A DNA stretch of 64,000 nucleotides from Mobula hypostoma (GCF_963921235.1 NC_086097.1:222582001-222646000); one strand, 5' to 3'. Counted from the first letter of the stretch, positions 48,707 to 63,431 are shown. The notes: generated from the letters alone by a model not told the origin. Numbers and translations are program-made.

Positions 48707-51020
48707 ATTAAGAATACAATTTGGATGAAAGAACTAAATTGTATTTCAGTTTTTGCTGACAACAATAAATTGGCTGGGATTGCGAATTATGAAATGGTGA
48801 AAAAAAAGTTTCAAGTTGACTTAGATTGAGCAATGGACAAAAGCTTGGTAGTTATAATGTGGATGATTATAAAGTTATTAACTTTAGTAAGAAAAAAGGC
48901 AGTATGTCATTTAACTGTTGTTAGAACAGGAAGTGGTAATGCACACCGGTCACTAGAATCAAACAGAAGATGTATGTAACGCACAGCGAAGAAATTAGTT
49001 AGCCCTCGTAGCAAAACAATTTGAGTACAAGAGCAAAGGATAACCTCACACCTGTCAGCATTAAACTCCATCAGCCGTTTCCCTACCCATATGCAGTATC
49101 GTTAGACAACTTTCCTCACTATCCACAACTGCTAATTTTTGTATCATCTGCAAGGTTACTAATCAGCTCAGCTACATTTATACATACTTTATCATAAACA
49201 CCAGAACTGATCCCTGTAATACCCCAATGGTCACAAACCTCCAGTCAGTATAACATCCCCCCATCAATATTCTTTGTCTTCTGTGGCCAGAACATTTTTG
49301 AATACAACCTACAATATGCTTCAATATGCCAAAATCCTCATGGCAAGCTAACTGAAAAGATCAAGGCTTATGGATCCCAATTTGAATTAGCGTACTACAA
49401 GGGACCTTGTTGAACGCTTTACTAAAATCCATGCATACAATATCCACAGCCCTTCCCCTTACCAATCACTTTTATTAACATCCCCTCAAAAAACTCAATC
49501 AAGTTTTAGGAAGTTTGGAAACTCAAATCGTTTGTACGCATAAGAAATGAACTTACATAAAGAACTATATAAACTATATAAAAGGAAGTCAATTATCAAA
49601 GTCCAGAAACAGTGGATATTGTACTAGCAAAGAGGACAGGGTTACCACAATATGCATTATTTTCTTATGTTCACACCAATGTTTGAGCATTGCAAACTGA
49701 CAAGACACTTTTCAAGGTAACTTGGTCCCTTTAAAGACCAGGTTCAGCATTGCTATGATCAATTGTTATAAATTTCCATTTCTATAAATTAAGCAGAGAC
49801 TAACATTATTAAGGAGCTAAATTCTCGTGATATTTGAAACTAAAAATTTAAAAGAAGTATTTTGGTTGGCATGGCAGATGTGTAGTTAATGAGCATTCCT
49901 GCTGGAGTTCACTGTTGTTTACTGTTATATTCATGCAGTTACATACATAAATAATTTCCATTGGAGAAAGCAAATATATAGTTTCCATTGGTCTTATGAG
50001 TCACTTTTTCACTTGTTTGTGCACTCTTGCTGCGGGGATACTGCTGTGCAGCACCAAAGGTCCTTGACCAAAAACAAACAAAATGGAAGATTGTTAATGT
50101 GATGGTATTGTAAACTGTGTTTGGTTGCTTATATTCATGAAATATTCATATGGACTGATGTAGACAATGTATTTATACAAATTGCATGCTAATAAGGAAT
50201 CCTGCTGTATCTGATGTAATTAAAGCTTTTGATTTATTTGTATATGTTAATGATTCCAAGCTCATTACTACAACACCAAAATAAAACCCAACAAACTGAA
50301 ATGTTGTTACTAGCATCAGTAGTGGGTTTAAAGCAAATATTAAATTAGATTAGCTTTACTTGTCAGATGTATTATCAAAACATATAGTAAAATGCCCACA
50401 CTTACTAACCCTAAAACATGCAGCATGTCTTTGGAATGTGGGAGGAAACTGAGCACCCTGAGGAAACCCATGCGGTCATGGCGAGTACTTACGACAACCA
50501 TGGTTATTATTATAGACCTTGCGCCTTTCATTTTTGACCACCAGGTTGATATTACTTTGCAAGGCAATAGCAGGTAATCATTTTTTGTCAGGAGCCTTTC
50601 TTTTTCTTATTGCAATTGCTGAGGAGTTGTTGAGAATTTGGACTGATAGAAAATTAATACATCATAGCTGCTCTCAGTGTGCTGTCTTCAATCAATGCAG
50701 ATCTTCTGCATTCTATTATGGTGGTGGGAGAAGTGCTTCACAGATTCTGCTGTGAAATATTTGGGCTTATTGGGTCTATTTCCATTCTATTTTGTTGAAG
50801 GAGGGAAGATTGCAATTTTCCTCCAGTTTTGCAAACTTTCTCATGTTTGAGATTGCACTGTGTATTGGGTATATGACCAACAAGACTCTATTTAGTTGCT
50901 TGGTTCACCTCGCTCTATAAATTGCAATGAGATTTAATAAGTAGGTGCTTTACAGCAGTTTCTGTACTAGAACAACTAATGGGTCATCAATAAATGATAC
51001 TTGGGCATGACGTTATTATA

Positions 51021-51220
51021 CATACACTCAGTGGCCATTTTATGAGGTACCCCTGTACATCATCAATACAAGTATCTAATCAGCCAATCATATGGCAGCA
51101 ACCCAATGCATTGAGCATGCAGAAATGGTCAGGAGGTTCAGTTGCTTTTCAGACCAATCAGAATGGGGAAGGCATGTGGTCTAAGTTGACTTTGACTGTG
51201 GAATAATTGTTGGTGCCAGT
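51021..51220 (+). mobile_element. Tc1 derivative left end
   Basis: tacactcagtggcca terminus then agaatggggaagg...gactttgactgtggaataattgttggtgccag; same family as 44030-44516. Confidence 0.8.
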
Positions 51221-53799
51221 TGGAATAAGTTTGTACTTATACTTTATTTAGAGTATACAGAGTTGTTTATGCAGAGTGGTGAGTGCATGGAATGGGCTGC
51301 CGGCGACAATGATAGAGGCGGATACAATAAGGTATTTTAAGAGACTCCTGGGGAGGTACATGGAGCTTAGAAAAATAGAGGGCTATTGGTAACCCTAGGT
51401 AATTTCTAAAGTAAGTACGTGTTCGGCACAGCATTGTGCACCGAAGGGCCTATATTGTGCTGTAGGTTTTCTCTGTTTCTATGTTTCTAGAGGGTGCCAT
51501 TTAGCCTAAGCAGAGATCCTCACTATCTCTTCTTAGTGTATTTCTTGCAGTAAGAGCAACTGCTACCAATATGCAAAAAAAAAAATCACAATTTTCATTA
51601 CAATTTATTTTTCATTGAAATAATTTGGGACAATATAAACTTTCTAGGCAAAGGAAAATTTCATCTACCTTAGAAGAATGCAGGGGGATCTCATTGAAAC
51701 CTACTGAATGTTGAAAGGACTAGATAAGGTGGATGTAGAGAGGATGTTTCCTATGGTAGGGGGTATCCAGAACTAGAGGTTTACAGCAGGATCAGTTTGT
51801 TTAACCCAATTCTAAAATTTGCTCAAAAACTCTCTATAGTTACAAGGATATTTTGAGTGTTGTTAAACTGTGAGCTGGGAGTTACAAAGCCGTACTCACA
51901 AGCTAAAGTGGATTTCTTTGAAATAAGAATTGATGACAATTGTTTTTCTGTTAGATCTTTTCCCATGTATTCTGATCACTTGAAGTGCATTTTAGATCGT
52001 ATTCCCCTGAACCTATTCTCTGCTCACAACTCCATGTGGTAGGATTGCAGAGCTTTGATCAGATTCCTCGGTTGGGACATTGTTCAGCTTTATCAATTAC
52101 ATTTCCTTTTACTGTCTAACTTATATATAGTCCTATGTTGTGGTTTTATCCATTTCTGTTTTAATGTTTTTCTGTTACAACACAGCTGTGTAGATTCCCA
52201 GGTCATTGAGAAGGGAGTTAAGCATCAATCATGTTACTAAAGGTCAGGATGGCTCCTCTGCTTTTTACGTGCAACCAGTGCTATTCCTTTTAAGCATGAG
52301 AAAAATGTAGAATATAGGAGACAATGTCAAGTAAGTTTATTCCTCCTTTTACTTAACTCTCGTCCTTCAGGATTTACCCACTGTGGCCATTGAGATTGCT
52401 TTGATCTACCTTGGTGAAAGACTAAATTCCACACTCAGTTGATTCTTCCTTTGAGGGATGATAGAGGTCTTCCTGCCCATTTTTGGCCTAATGTTATAAG
52501 ATTTCATGAGGATCAGATCCAATGTTGAAGACAGTCAAAGCTGTGTTCTCTCATTTCAATAGTTGCATGGTCAACCAAGCCTATTTTTGTCAACTTCCAC
52601 CTTACTCAACTGATATAAGTACCTGTCTGCTATGGTGGGATTTGGATGTGTATATCTGGATTCTTCAACAAGCCTTCCAGATTATTGCTTTCATCATTTA
52701 TCCACTGAACAGCCCCAACCCGACCCAGTACCTGTCACCCAGCCCATCCTAACCCTTCAAATATTTGTTCGCATACCCAGCTTGACAAACACCAGAAGTC
52801 CAAATGGGTGGTGCATTTAGCCCTTCTCTATGATACTTTGGTACTCCACTGCTGAGCTCCAGTGAGTCCAACAGCAGAACAGAAAGTCAAATGTGTTGTC
52901 AGACAGCCCAATTTGGCCCAGTAGGAACTGTGGTGGTCCCGAATGAGGAGTAAGAATCATAATCTTGCAATACAGATGTAACTCCTAATGCCTATTAGTT
53001 CAGCATTACAGGCAATTGTAATTGAAACTTAAGGTTATCACAAGCTGATTGCAGTTATAATTTTTAGATAAAGTTGTTAATGATTTCACTCATATTATCT
53101 GTTACAAAGTCTACACAAAATGGAACAAGACATTTTCTATGTACATTTTGCCTTCCTGAGCTTCCGGATAATCTCTATGATAACTATGATATTTTGAATT
53201 TGATTAAATTTATTATTACATCTGATTGAAAATTTCAAGATATAGATAGCTCAATCGTTTATTAAGTAAAAGTTTAATCAACTACATTATCTGAAAGATT
53301 TCAATTACTTGAATTTATATAGCATATTTAATGTTGAAAAGTGGCCTGATCTGCTTAAAGCTGCATAATTGCATAAAAATTGACACTGAGCCAATGCAAG
53401 AGACAGGAGACACAAAGCTTGGTCAAACAGGTGAGCTTTTAGAAGGATTATAGAGGAGGAGAGAAAAAAATGCAGGAAATTTAAGAATTTCGGCTACTCG
53501 GCTAAAGAGGCTGTTGCCAGTGCTGTGGATGAATAACAGGGAGTTAGACATGCACCAAATAAAATTTGTTACCTCTATATTCAAGACGAATTTGCCTTTG
53601 TGTTAATGTTGGTTGTGCTAAATATGCTATATAGCAAATGCTTTGTGTTCAACTGTGGCAAATCTTGGATGCTATCACCTCCTACAAAATAAAATCAAGT
53701 GATTTATGTGACAAAAAGATTGTGCTCCCAGACGACTAACAAAACATGGAGGCACTGTCATGAACTCCCACAGCCTGCAGTGATACTATGATTACAGTT

Positions 53800-54855
53800 T
53801 CTGATGCTGACATAAGAGTATCCTTCAGGGGGGAAAACCCATAGCTAAGATCTGGCCCAAACAGGGTACCTGGCCAAGTACTGAAGACCTGTGCTGATCA
53901 ACTGGCTGAATGTTCACAGATACATTTAACCTCTGACTTCAGCAGTCTGAAGTAGCCATCTGCTTCTCACAGACTTCAATTATACCAGTGCCCAAGAGAA
54001 CACGGTAACTTGCCTTAATGACTATTGTACAATAGCACTTACATCCACTATGATGAAGTGCTTTGGGAGTTTAATGATGAAATATATAGACTCCTGCCTG
54101 AGGAGCTACTTGGATCCACTCTAATTTGGCTACTGTCACATTGGGTCAACAGCAGATGCCATTTCATTGGCTTTTCACACAACCCTGGAACATCTGGACA
54201 GTGAAGGTGCCTGCATCAGGAAGTTCTTCATTGACTACAGCTCATTATTCAATACCATCATCCCCTCAAGACTAATCAAAAGCTCCAAGACTTTGGCATC
54301 AATACCACCTTGATCCTGGATTCTCAATTTCCTCACTTGCAGACTCCAGTCAGTTCAGATCGGCAATGACATCTCCTCAATAATCTCCCTCAGCACAAGT
54401 GCACCTCAAGGCTGTGTGCTTAGCCCCATGCCCTAATCATTTTATGCTTACGCTGGCAATGGTCACAGCTCAAATTATTTAACTTTGCTGATGACACCAC
54501 TGTCATAGGTTGAATCAAAGGTGGTGATGATTCAGCATATAGGAGGGAGAGTGAATACCTTATTGAGTGGCACCACAACGATGACCTCTCGCTCAATGTC
54601 AGCAAAGCAAAGAGCTGATTATTGACTACAGGAGGTCCATGGGCCAGTCCGCATCAAGGGATCAGAGGTGGAGAGGGTCAACAACGTTAAATCCCTCGGT
54701 GTTATCATTCAGAGGATCTGTCCTGGATCCAGCACGTAAATGCCTTTATAAAGAAAGCATAGCAGCACCTTTACTTCCATAGAGGTTTGTGAAGATTCGG
54801 CATATCATCTAAAACTTTGACAAGCTTCTATAGATGTGCAGTGGAGAGTATACTG
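53800..54855 (+). mobile_element. Degraded Rex1/Babar RT region
   Basis: [43 protein letters not shown] and FNFADDTTVIG motifs with stops and frameshifts. Confidence 0.88.
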
Positions 54856-55402
54856 ATTTATTCAAGGAACAGCGTGTGCGTGAATGGATCTTAGGTGAGT
54901 AGGGGGTTGCACAGGTCCAGACCCACCCGCCCGACATCCCCTCCCGGATCCAGTGGCATGGTGGGATCCAAGATGGCTGGGGGGACGTTCTGTTGCAGTG
55001 AATGGCCAGACCAAGCTTCGACGCAAGGGATGCTTTTTCCGCGCTTCACAGCACGTGTTTGCTAGATGTCCATTGATCCAACGAGAGGGTTCATTCGCCC
55101 TTTGGCAGGTCTTGTTTTTCGTCCTGCAGGGTGTCTAGCCACCCTCCTCACCAGGCAAGCCTGGTGGGGGAGCCGGTTTAGTTGCCAACCACTCGACCAT
55201 GCAACAGGTAGTACTGGGTTACATGGTACCAGTAGCACTCAGACCAGTGACCTGACTGCAAGAATAGACCTATGTGTGCACCAAAGAAGTGATGTTGATG
55301 GACTAAATTCTAATCGGCTGTGAAATACTGCAGACTTCCTGGACAGGGATGGTTTGTATAATAGTTCACCACAGTCACAATCCTGCCATATAGAATGCCA
55401 CT

Positions 55403-55537
55403 AACATGAGAAAGTCTGCAGCTGGCAGAAATCCAAAGCAAAACACACAAAATGCTGGAGGAACTCCGCAGGTCAGGCAGCATCTACGGAAGTGAATAGA
55501 TAATCAATGTTACGGGTGGAGACCCTTCTTCAGGACC
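55403..55537 (-). repeat. Penelope terminal-repeat fragment
   Basis: Reverse complement ggtcctgaagaagggtctccacccgtaacattga plus the conserved tail. Confidence 0.8.
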
Positions 55538-57798
55538 ACTTTGGAATTTGAGCAAAGCTACTTAAGTCCTTTGCTAGGGAATGAGACACTTTTGGAGAGA
55601 TTCAAAGTTGTAGGCAAAATGAAGACAGATTTGGAAGGTGACAACATGTACAAAGGTTCTGAAGAGGAAAGGCCATTAGGAGGGGTTGGCCTGGAAAGCA
55701 GGTACAAAAGAGTCTAGCTTGAGCTATTTGAAGCTAACTAAGGGCTGTTGTGCACTCATTGTTCTGAGAACAATAGCAGACCTTCTAAACGGGGATAGAT
55801 TGTAATACACGCCAAACTGACAGAAGGATGGGGCATACAAGGCTACAGCTTCCTGGATGATAAAGAAAACATGTAAAATAAAACGTAAGTGAGAGGTTTA
55901 CAACAAATATCAAGTATAGAATATCATATGAGACAAGGCTTAACACAAAGGGGGTGGGGAAAATTGAAGAAGTGCGAAGAAATCTAGCAAGTAGCATCAA
56001 ATGAAACACAGAAATACAACATAAAAAAGAGGAAACATAGTAGATCAGCGTACAGCTGTTTTGGCCAAATATAGAACATTTCCTTTTGGAACCAGAAGCC
56101 ATGACTGAGGTACTGAATTAGTACTTTGAATATGTTTTCACGAAAGACAGGAATGATGCTATTGTCAGAGGAGGGGGGAAGTGGGTGGTTGTGGGAGGAG
56201 GAGTGGTAGAGATTCTTGAGTGAATAAAAATAGATAGGAAGTTGATTTTAAATGGGTTGGCATCATTCAAATTTAACCAATCGCACAAGCCAATGTAGCC
56301 AAGGTTCCTGATGGAAGTTGACATGGAGAGAGCAGAATAATGGTAATGTTTCAATAAATCCTCTTTGGAGCACTGCTAGACTGACTGAGGATTAGAAAAC
56401 CAAATATCTAAATCTTGTTATAACACTTTAATCTGTGCACGAAACTGGATGAAATGTATGGATTGTCAACATTGTCAAGGACAAAAGTAATCCTAACTCA
56501 AAGAAGCACGGACTAATAATAGACAGCCGGAATGGATTTGTTCAAGGCAAGTCATGTGTGACTAATCTCATAGAGTTCTTGCTCAGAGTAATAGAGAAGT
56601 TTCAGGGCATGTTGTATATGCCAGCTTTCATAATTCATTTGGTAAACTATCTGCTAAAGGATATTCAGTACACGATATTAAAGTTCAAGGTACAATGTAT
56701 TATCAGAGTGCATGCATGTCACCACATACAACCCTGAGATTTTTTTTCTGTGGGCATACTTAGCAAATCAAAAGAACAGTAACTGTAAAAAGTAAACATC
56801 AGGAACTCTAAACTGCAAATGTAGATATAAATAAATAGCAATAAATAACGAGCATGAAATAACAATTTAAGAGTCCTATCCCCTTTGGTTTAAGAGCCTG
56901 ATGGTTGAGAGGTAATATCTGTTCTTGAACCTGATGGGAGCAGCAAGAAAATAGCATGGCCTGGGTGGTAATTTGATGTAAATGGCTTGGAACAGACTAG
57001 ATGAGTCGAAGTGCCTGTTTCTGTGCTGTACTTTCTTGTGACTCCATGACTCTATAAATTGGCCAAACCATAGGAAGAAGAGAGTAGCAGGAAAACAAAA
57101 GCTTTTCTAACTGAAGAGATGTGTGCAGTAAGGTTGCCCAAGTGTTGCCATACTGAAGCCTTCTCAAACTACCAATGTACCTTGAATCCTTATCCTGATT
57201 TTTGACTTAGATAGCAGCACAAATACACAGAAATGCTTCTGAATTCCTGAAGCCTCCCATCATTCTGCAATATACCGTGTCTCGCATCACAGGAATCTTT
57301 AAAAAACAATTACTGTCTGGGAGAAAAGATGTGAAAGTGTGATTTGCAAAATTATGAAGTTCTATCATTTCAAATGTATTTTTAATTTCATAAAGTGACA
57401 GGTACTCTCAGAACTATTATTTATTGATATTTTATTTAAAATTCTACATTTAACTTATAATTCAATTGCTTCTTTTCTCAAGCTCCTTTTTTTTTCTCAG
57501 TGCTATATTATGTATTGCATTGAGCTGCTGCTGCTAAGTTAACAGATTTCACATCACATGCTGGTGATAATAAACCTGATTCTGATTCTGATTTTATAGA
57601 AGCATTTAATCATTTCTATGTATTTATAACAAATTTATTTTGTAAGTTCTAATTTAATGTACCAAAACAATCTATTTGTTATTCACTTAATAATGATAGC
57701 TCATTACTTAGGTCAGCAAGTAATTTTAGGCCCTTCTTCTGAAGCCATAGCAGGAGTACATTGGAAGAACTGTTGGTTTTCTGCTTTGGTTTCCTCCA

Positions 57799-58487
57799 GA
57801 GAGGCGGAGAAGATGGCGGTGCGACGGCAGCGCACATGATCTCTCCAGTGATGAATATCTGTTATCTGTCAAGTAAGGGACCGTGCATAATTCTGATTTG
57901 ATGGAGACAGACATGAGAGTACAGAGGAACACCTGGAAACCTTCTGAAATGCCCGCTTCGCTGCCGCTGCTACTGTGTGGTAGTCGGAATCTCTGGAGCA
58001 GAAGGCCCTGAAATCCTCGTCTTTGTGTATTTCAGCGGCCAGGGCGAGGTCGAAGGCGCTCGGCAGAGGGTAGCACTTGGGAGGCTGTATCGGAGGGGCT
58101 GGTCGGAAGCTCGAAGTTTTCGGATGGATGGACTCAGTGTCGGCTGTGTTTGGCTGCTTCCAAGGCATCGGCAAGTTGAAGGTGCCTGGAGGTTTATAGC
58201 AGGGAGTTTCTCCCTTTTGCCACTGCTATCAGGGACTCAGGAGTTGATCGACTCAGGACTTTGAGACTATTTTTACCATGCCCATGGTTTGGTCTTTATC
58301 AAATTATGGTATTGTTTTGCACTGCTGTAACTATATGTTATAATTATGTGGTTCTGTCAATGTTAGTCTTTGGTTTGTCCTGTTTTCTGTGATATCACTC
58401 CAGAGAAACATTGTATCATTTCTTATTGCATGTGTGCATTTCTAAATGACAATAAAAGAGGACTGAGTGTTCTCATAATCTGATCTA
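57799..58487 (+). mobile_element. Second copy of the AAGATGGCG/(TAATC)n non-autonomous element
   Basis: Colinear homology with 18462-19104, including the terminal hairpin and tail. Confidence 0.8.
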
Positions 58488-59149
58488 ATTTATGTGTTTA
58501 TTTGATAATCAGGAAGCGTACTTAATCTTTGTGGCAGAATTTTTGCTTCCAAGTCAGTAGGTTAATGTTTCAGGGCCTATTCCAGTCAACTCCAGTGGGT
58601 GGAGATACAAGTTGTTCAGTCTCAAAATACTAGATTGAGCTCCAATGGGGTATCTGTGTCCAATGGAACCAGAATAGCTGCCTCCCCTCACGTATAGCTT
58701 GTCTTCTTTTAAGAAAGATGACAATCTGTCCATTTAATATTACAAGTACAAAGATGAAAATACTAATAAACCCTTGAGGACCCTACCATGAGTCACAGAA
58801 GTGAGAAAATGTCATATTCATTCAGTGTTTTAGGAAATATGTGATGCTGAAATGGTAGTCAATCATTTAAATACTAATTTTAATCCATGTTGGGTGACAG
58901 CTGAAGCTGAATTTCTTCATGTTGTGCTTATTATCTGGGAATGATATAACCATCTGGAAATGGAGCACTGTAGAAAATTTTATGTTCATCTGTGAATAAT
59001 TTAACCTTTTCCTGGCATATTCCTGGCATATTCTCTGTTAGATACTTAGTATTACATACCCCATCAGTTCTTCTAACTTTGCTGCAGCTGGCAGGTTATT
59101 ACAGGTTGTGACAAATGACAATTGTTCATGACTTCTGTTGAAAAAGATA

Positions 59150-60220
59150 TTGGTATTGGTTTTGTTTTATTATTGTGTAATGCAAAAAGATACAGTGAAA
59201 GGTTTGTCTTCAATACTGATTATGAAGGTCAAATCATTACCCAGTGCGTTGAGAATAGGTTAAAATGACAATGCAAAGTAAATTGCAAAAGCTACTGATA
59301 ACAGTACATTGCATGTAAACGATAAAGAGCAAGATCATAGCAGGGTAGATTGTGAGGCCAAGAGTCCATCTTATCATACAAGAGGTCACTTTGAGAGTTT
59401 GATAATAGCAGAATAGAAGCTGTCCATGAGGCTGGTGGTATATGCTTTCAGGCTTTTGTGTCTTCTACCCTATGTGAGAGAGGGAAGAAATAATGTCTGA
59501 TGTATGAGGTCTTTGATTATACTGGATGTTTTACTGAGGCAGCAAGAAGTATAGACAGAGTCCATAGTTGGTTCCTGTGATGTGCTGAGCTGTATCCACA
59601 ACTCTCTGTAATTTCATGCAGTCATGTACAGGGCAGTAGCCATACTAAGCTGTTATGCATCCATCCAAAGGAAGTAGAGGCTTTGCTGAGTTTTCCTGGC
59701 CATGACATCAATGTGGTTAGACCAGGATAGGCTATTGGTGATGTTCATACCTAGAAACTTGAAACTCTCAAGTTTCAGAGACAGGAGCGTGTGTGCTGTA
59801 TCCCCAACCCCTTTTTCTGAAACCATTAACCAGCTCTTTTGTTTCATTGACATTGAGGGAAATTTGTCATGACACCATGTCACTAAGTTGTCTATCTCCC
59901 ACTCATTGTTCTTTGAGGTGTGGCCCACTGCAATAATATCATCTGCGAACTTGCAGATGGAGTTAGAGCAAAATCTGGCCTCACAACCCTGAGTGTACAG
60001 GGAGAAGAGCAGGGGACTAAGGATGTAACCTTGTGAAGCATCAGTGTTCAGAGTAATCATGGTGGAGGTGTTGTTGCCTATCCTTACTGACTGAGGTCTG
60101 TTGGTCAGAAAGTCAAGGTCCAGTTGCAGAGGGAGGCATTAACACCAGGGTCAGAAATTTGGCGATGAGTTTGCTTAGAATGAAAGTATTGAAAACAGAA
60201 ATTTAGTCAGTAAACAATAG
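59150..60220 (-). mobile_element. Degraded Rex1/Babar LINE
   Basis: ORF 59653-60060 LNTDASQGYILSPLLFSLYT..ICKFADD..FKFLGMNITNSLSWSNHI..QQSLYFL. Confidence 0.88.
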
Positions 60221-61374
60221 GCAATAAGCAATAAGGCATGAAGTTTTGTTTGAAGTACTTTTATTACCGCTGGGTTATATTCTACCACCATAGCTGCCTA
60301 TTAATTCCTTACTCTTCCCAATGGAAAAATTACTGAGGGCCCTAGTCATTGGGGCTTTGGTGAGATAAAGATAACTGCAGAAAAGAGGAAACAAGAGGGT
60401 GAAATGGAAAGAAACAGAAGAAAAAAGGAAACATTAGCTCCAAATAGCCTCCCATGTGTCCTTTACAACAGATGCCACTTTCTAATTTAAACTGTTTATG
60501 TTTTTCATGTCAATCAATGCCTCAGGTATGCACTGGAAATTATACACCTGGGATACGTTCAGTGTTGATCCCTCAGTATATATTAATAAACTCGAAGAAT
60601 CATCTTAACCTCTTTTTCTAGCTTCCCATCCAGCTGCTTATCCAGGATGAAAATGACAATGCACAATTTAGGTCTCCTCTTTGACACTGAATTAAACTTC
60701 AAATTTTATATCTGATTCATCAAAAATATTGTACACTTTCAATTGCATAATATTCCTTGCTGCATTTCATACATGGTGAAAGATTCATCATCAAAACAAT
60801 CTCTTTTGTACTTTCTAGTTAGCCTCTGATGTTCTGCTACTCACAAACTCTAGCTAAAGTAGTAATTTCATAGCCACTTAATCATTTTTAAGTTCAAAAA
60901 TGGGATCAAGTATCAGTGTATCAATAACAAAAGTATTATGTCCATATTCATTGTTTTATCTGCTTGAAGCTTTTTTGAGTCTGCCAGAGCAGACTCGATG
61001 GGCCGAATGGCCTACTTCTGCTCCTTTGTCTTTATAGTCTAATACAATTGACCACACCACCTTTGACCTGTTGCGCGGCTGGGTGTGACAATACCCATCC
61101 AGTCCTGATTTCATTTACCCAGTTGTGTCATGAGATTTGTCTCTTTCTACTTCTGCTCTATGGTGTCACAAGTTTCTACCCTCTCCAGGATCCTATATTT
61201 GCCTCATTCTACACTTATTCACACTCAGGATAATTATTTGAGATGACAACTGTAGTTTCTGTGTGAATGGTGCAATATCAAGGACAAACTTATTTTCAAA
61301 CTCTGTCAAATGTTCGCTTACAGTAGAACAGAAATATCCACCAAGCAGCTATTTCGATGTGTGAAGTAGATAAA

Positions 61375-62180
61375 TGAATGACAGATGAAATTTAACTCAG
61401 GCAAATGCAAAGTGACACATTTTGGGAAGTTAAAGCAAGACAGGACTTACACAGTCAATAGCAGGGCCATGGGAAGTATTGTAGAACAGAGAATTTTCCC
61501 TGAAAATAGCAACACCAGTAGACAAGGTGGTGAAGAAGGTGTATAGTATGCTTGTCTTTATCGGATGAGGCATTGAGTAAAAGAGGTAGATGTCATGTGG
61601 GATGGATGTGCGTAAAACAGTTGGACAATACATTGGTGAGACCACACTTGGAATATTGTGTGCCGCTCTGGTCACCAGAGAAGAGTGTGGTTAAGCTGGA
61701 GAGGGTGCTGAAAAGATACATAGTGATATATTCTGGACTGGAGGGCTTGGTTATAAAAAGAGGCTGAATAGGTTGTGACATTTTTCCTTGGAGCAAAGGA
61801 GGATCAGGAGTGACCTTATAGAGATTTATAATGAGGGGAATAAATAAGGTAGATGTTTACAGTCCTTTTCCCACATCAGAGGAGTTTAAAATTAGAGGAT
61901 GTAGGTTTAAGGTGAGCGGGGAAAAATTTAAAGGAGCCTGAGCAGCAAGTTGTTCACACAGAGGGTGGTGGGCATATGGAATGAGGTGCCAGAGGAAATA
62001 GCAGAAACAAGTATAATTACAAATGTTAAAAGACATTTGGACAGGTACATGGATAGGAGAAGTTGAGAGGGATATGGGCCAAACACAGGCACATGAGACT
62101 AGTTTAAGAAGGGATCTTGGTCAGGATGAACTAGTTTGGTCAAAAAGGCCTTTTGCCATGCTGTATGACTCTGACTCCAT
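61375..62180 (+). mobile_element. Degraded CR1 3' fragment
   Basis: LVRPHLEYCVPLWSP..KLERVLKR; 3' terminus tgctgtatgactctgactccatgac. Confidence 0.85.
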
Positions 62181-62349
62181 GACATTGTTCAGTTCCTCAA
62201 TTTCAGTTCCCTAGCTACCAGTTCCATCACTCAGCCTGAGGCTAAACCAAAATACTCGCAAACATGGACCATGAAGACTTTCAGGGTATTACTACGATCA
62301 TCTTTTTCCAGTTCCAGACATCTCCCAACTCTCAATTCATGAAGTCTCA

Positions 62350-62485
62350 ATATCCTGATGCAGGGTCTCGGCCAGAAATGTCAACTGTTTATTCCTTTCC
62401 ATAGATACTGCCTGATCTACTGAGTTCCTCCAGCATGTTGTGTGTGTATTCTGTATTTCCAGTATCGGCAGAATCATTTGTGTTC
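62350..62485 (+). repeat. Penelope terminal-repeat fragment
   Basis: tcctgatgcagggtctcggccagaaatgtcaactg...tgagttcctccagcatg. Confidence 0.8.
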
Positions 62486-63431
62486 TAAATTCATCTGCCA
62501 CTGAAATCCCAAAATATAATTTTCTTAGAAAACATGACGTGATGAGAATGAGGACAGATGGTGATGTGGGAGGAAATTGATGTGTTAGGCCAGTTAACAC
62601 CTTTGCCTGCATTAGCCTGTTCCTGTGGTTCACACTTCGCCTCTTCCCATTAGGAAACCCTAGGAATCCAGGATCAATCTAAAGACGACGGACAGACGCG
62701 AGTCATCAATATTCCTTACTCTGAATTTTTAAACCTTATAAGTTAATTTTCCAGAGTTAAAGCACAGGAAAAATAATTTATTTTTGTTTATCTTTGAATA
62801 ATAAATGTTAGTCATTGAGTTCAGTTTTGTAGCTGAGTGTTTTTTCCTGCTGACATGCACCTAGTTTGAAATTGGAGATCGTTGTCCTATTGTACAAAGC
62901 CACTTTTATAATCAATTAACTATAATTGTGGTGAAGCCTTTGTACCATTGGCTATTGAACCTAATAATTTAATAACAGGCTTATTCTTATATATTCCAAC
63001 AGGTTATTCTAATATACTGTATAAGTGAAAACACTGCTTATGAAAAGTCTCCCCATCATAACCTATGATTAAATCGTGGTCAATTTGAAGCTACCTAAAG
63101 GTTTTCTCCCTCAGAAGGCCTCCTGTTCATCACAATAGCATGTCATTATTGTATAATGAATGGAAGCTTGCTAAGTCAGCATCTTAGCATGATTGATATA
63201 CATGACAGTTAAGATTACATTGAATTAAGCTTGTAGAAGATAGTCGTTTCTCTCCAGACTCTGTTAATATAAGAGGTCTGCCATATTTTTGCTGGCCTTG
63301 ACAATTTCCATGGGCTGGGCACAATTCTCATTAATCATAGCCCTGCTCCTGTGCAATGAATAGAGAAAGGGAAGAGGAGACGAGAGGACAAGCAAATTAG
63401 GATAGAATCAGAATCATATTTATTATCACTG

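Noticed and set aside
52345..52442. Strong acceptor-like site (cttttacttaactctcgtccttcag) as an exon start
   Set aside because: The phase-0 frame stops after 23 codons, the donor is weak, and the peptide is unrecognisable.
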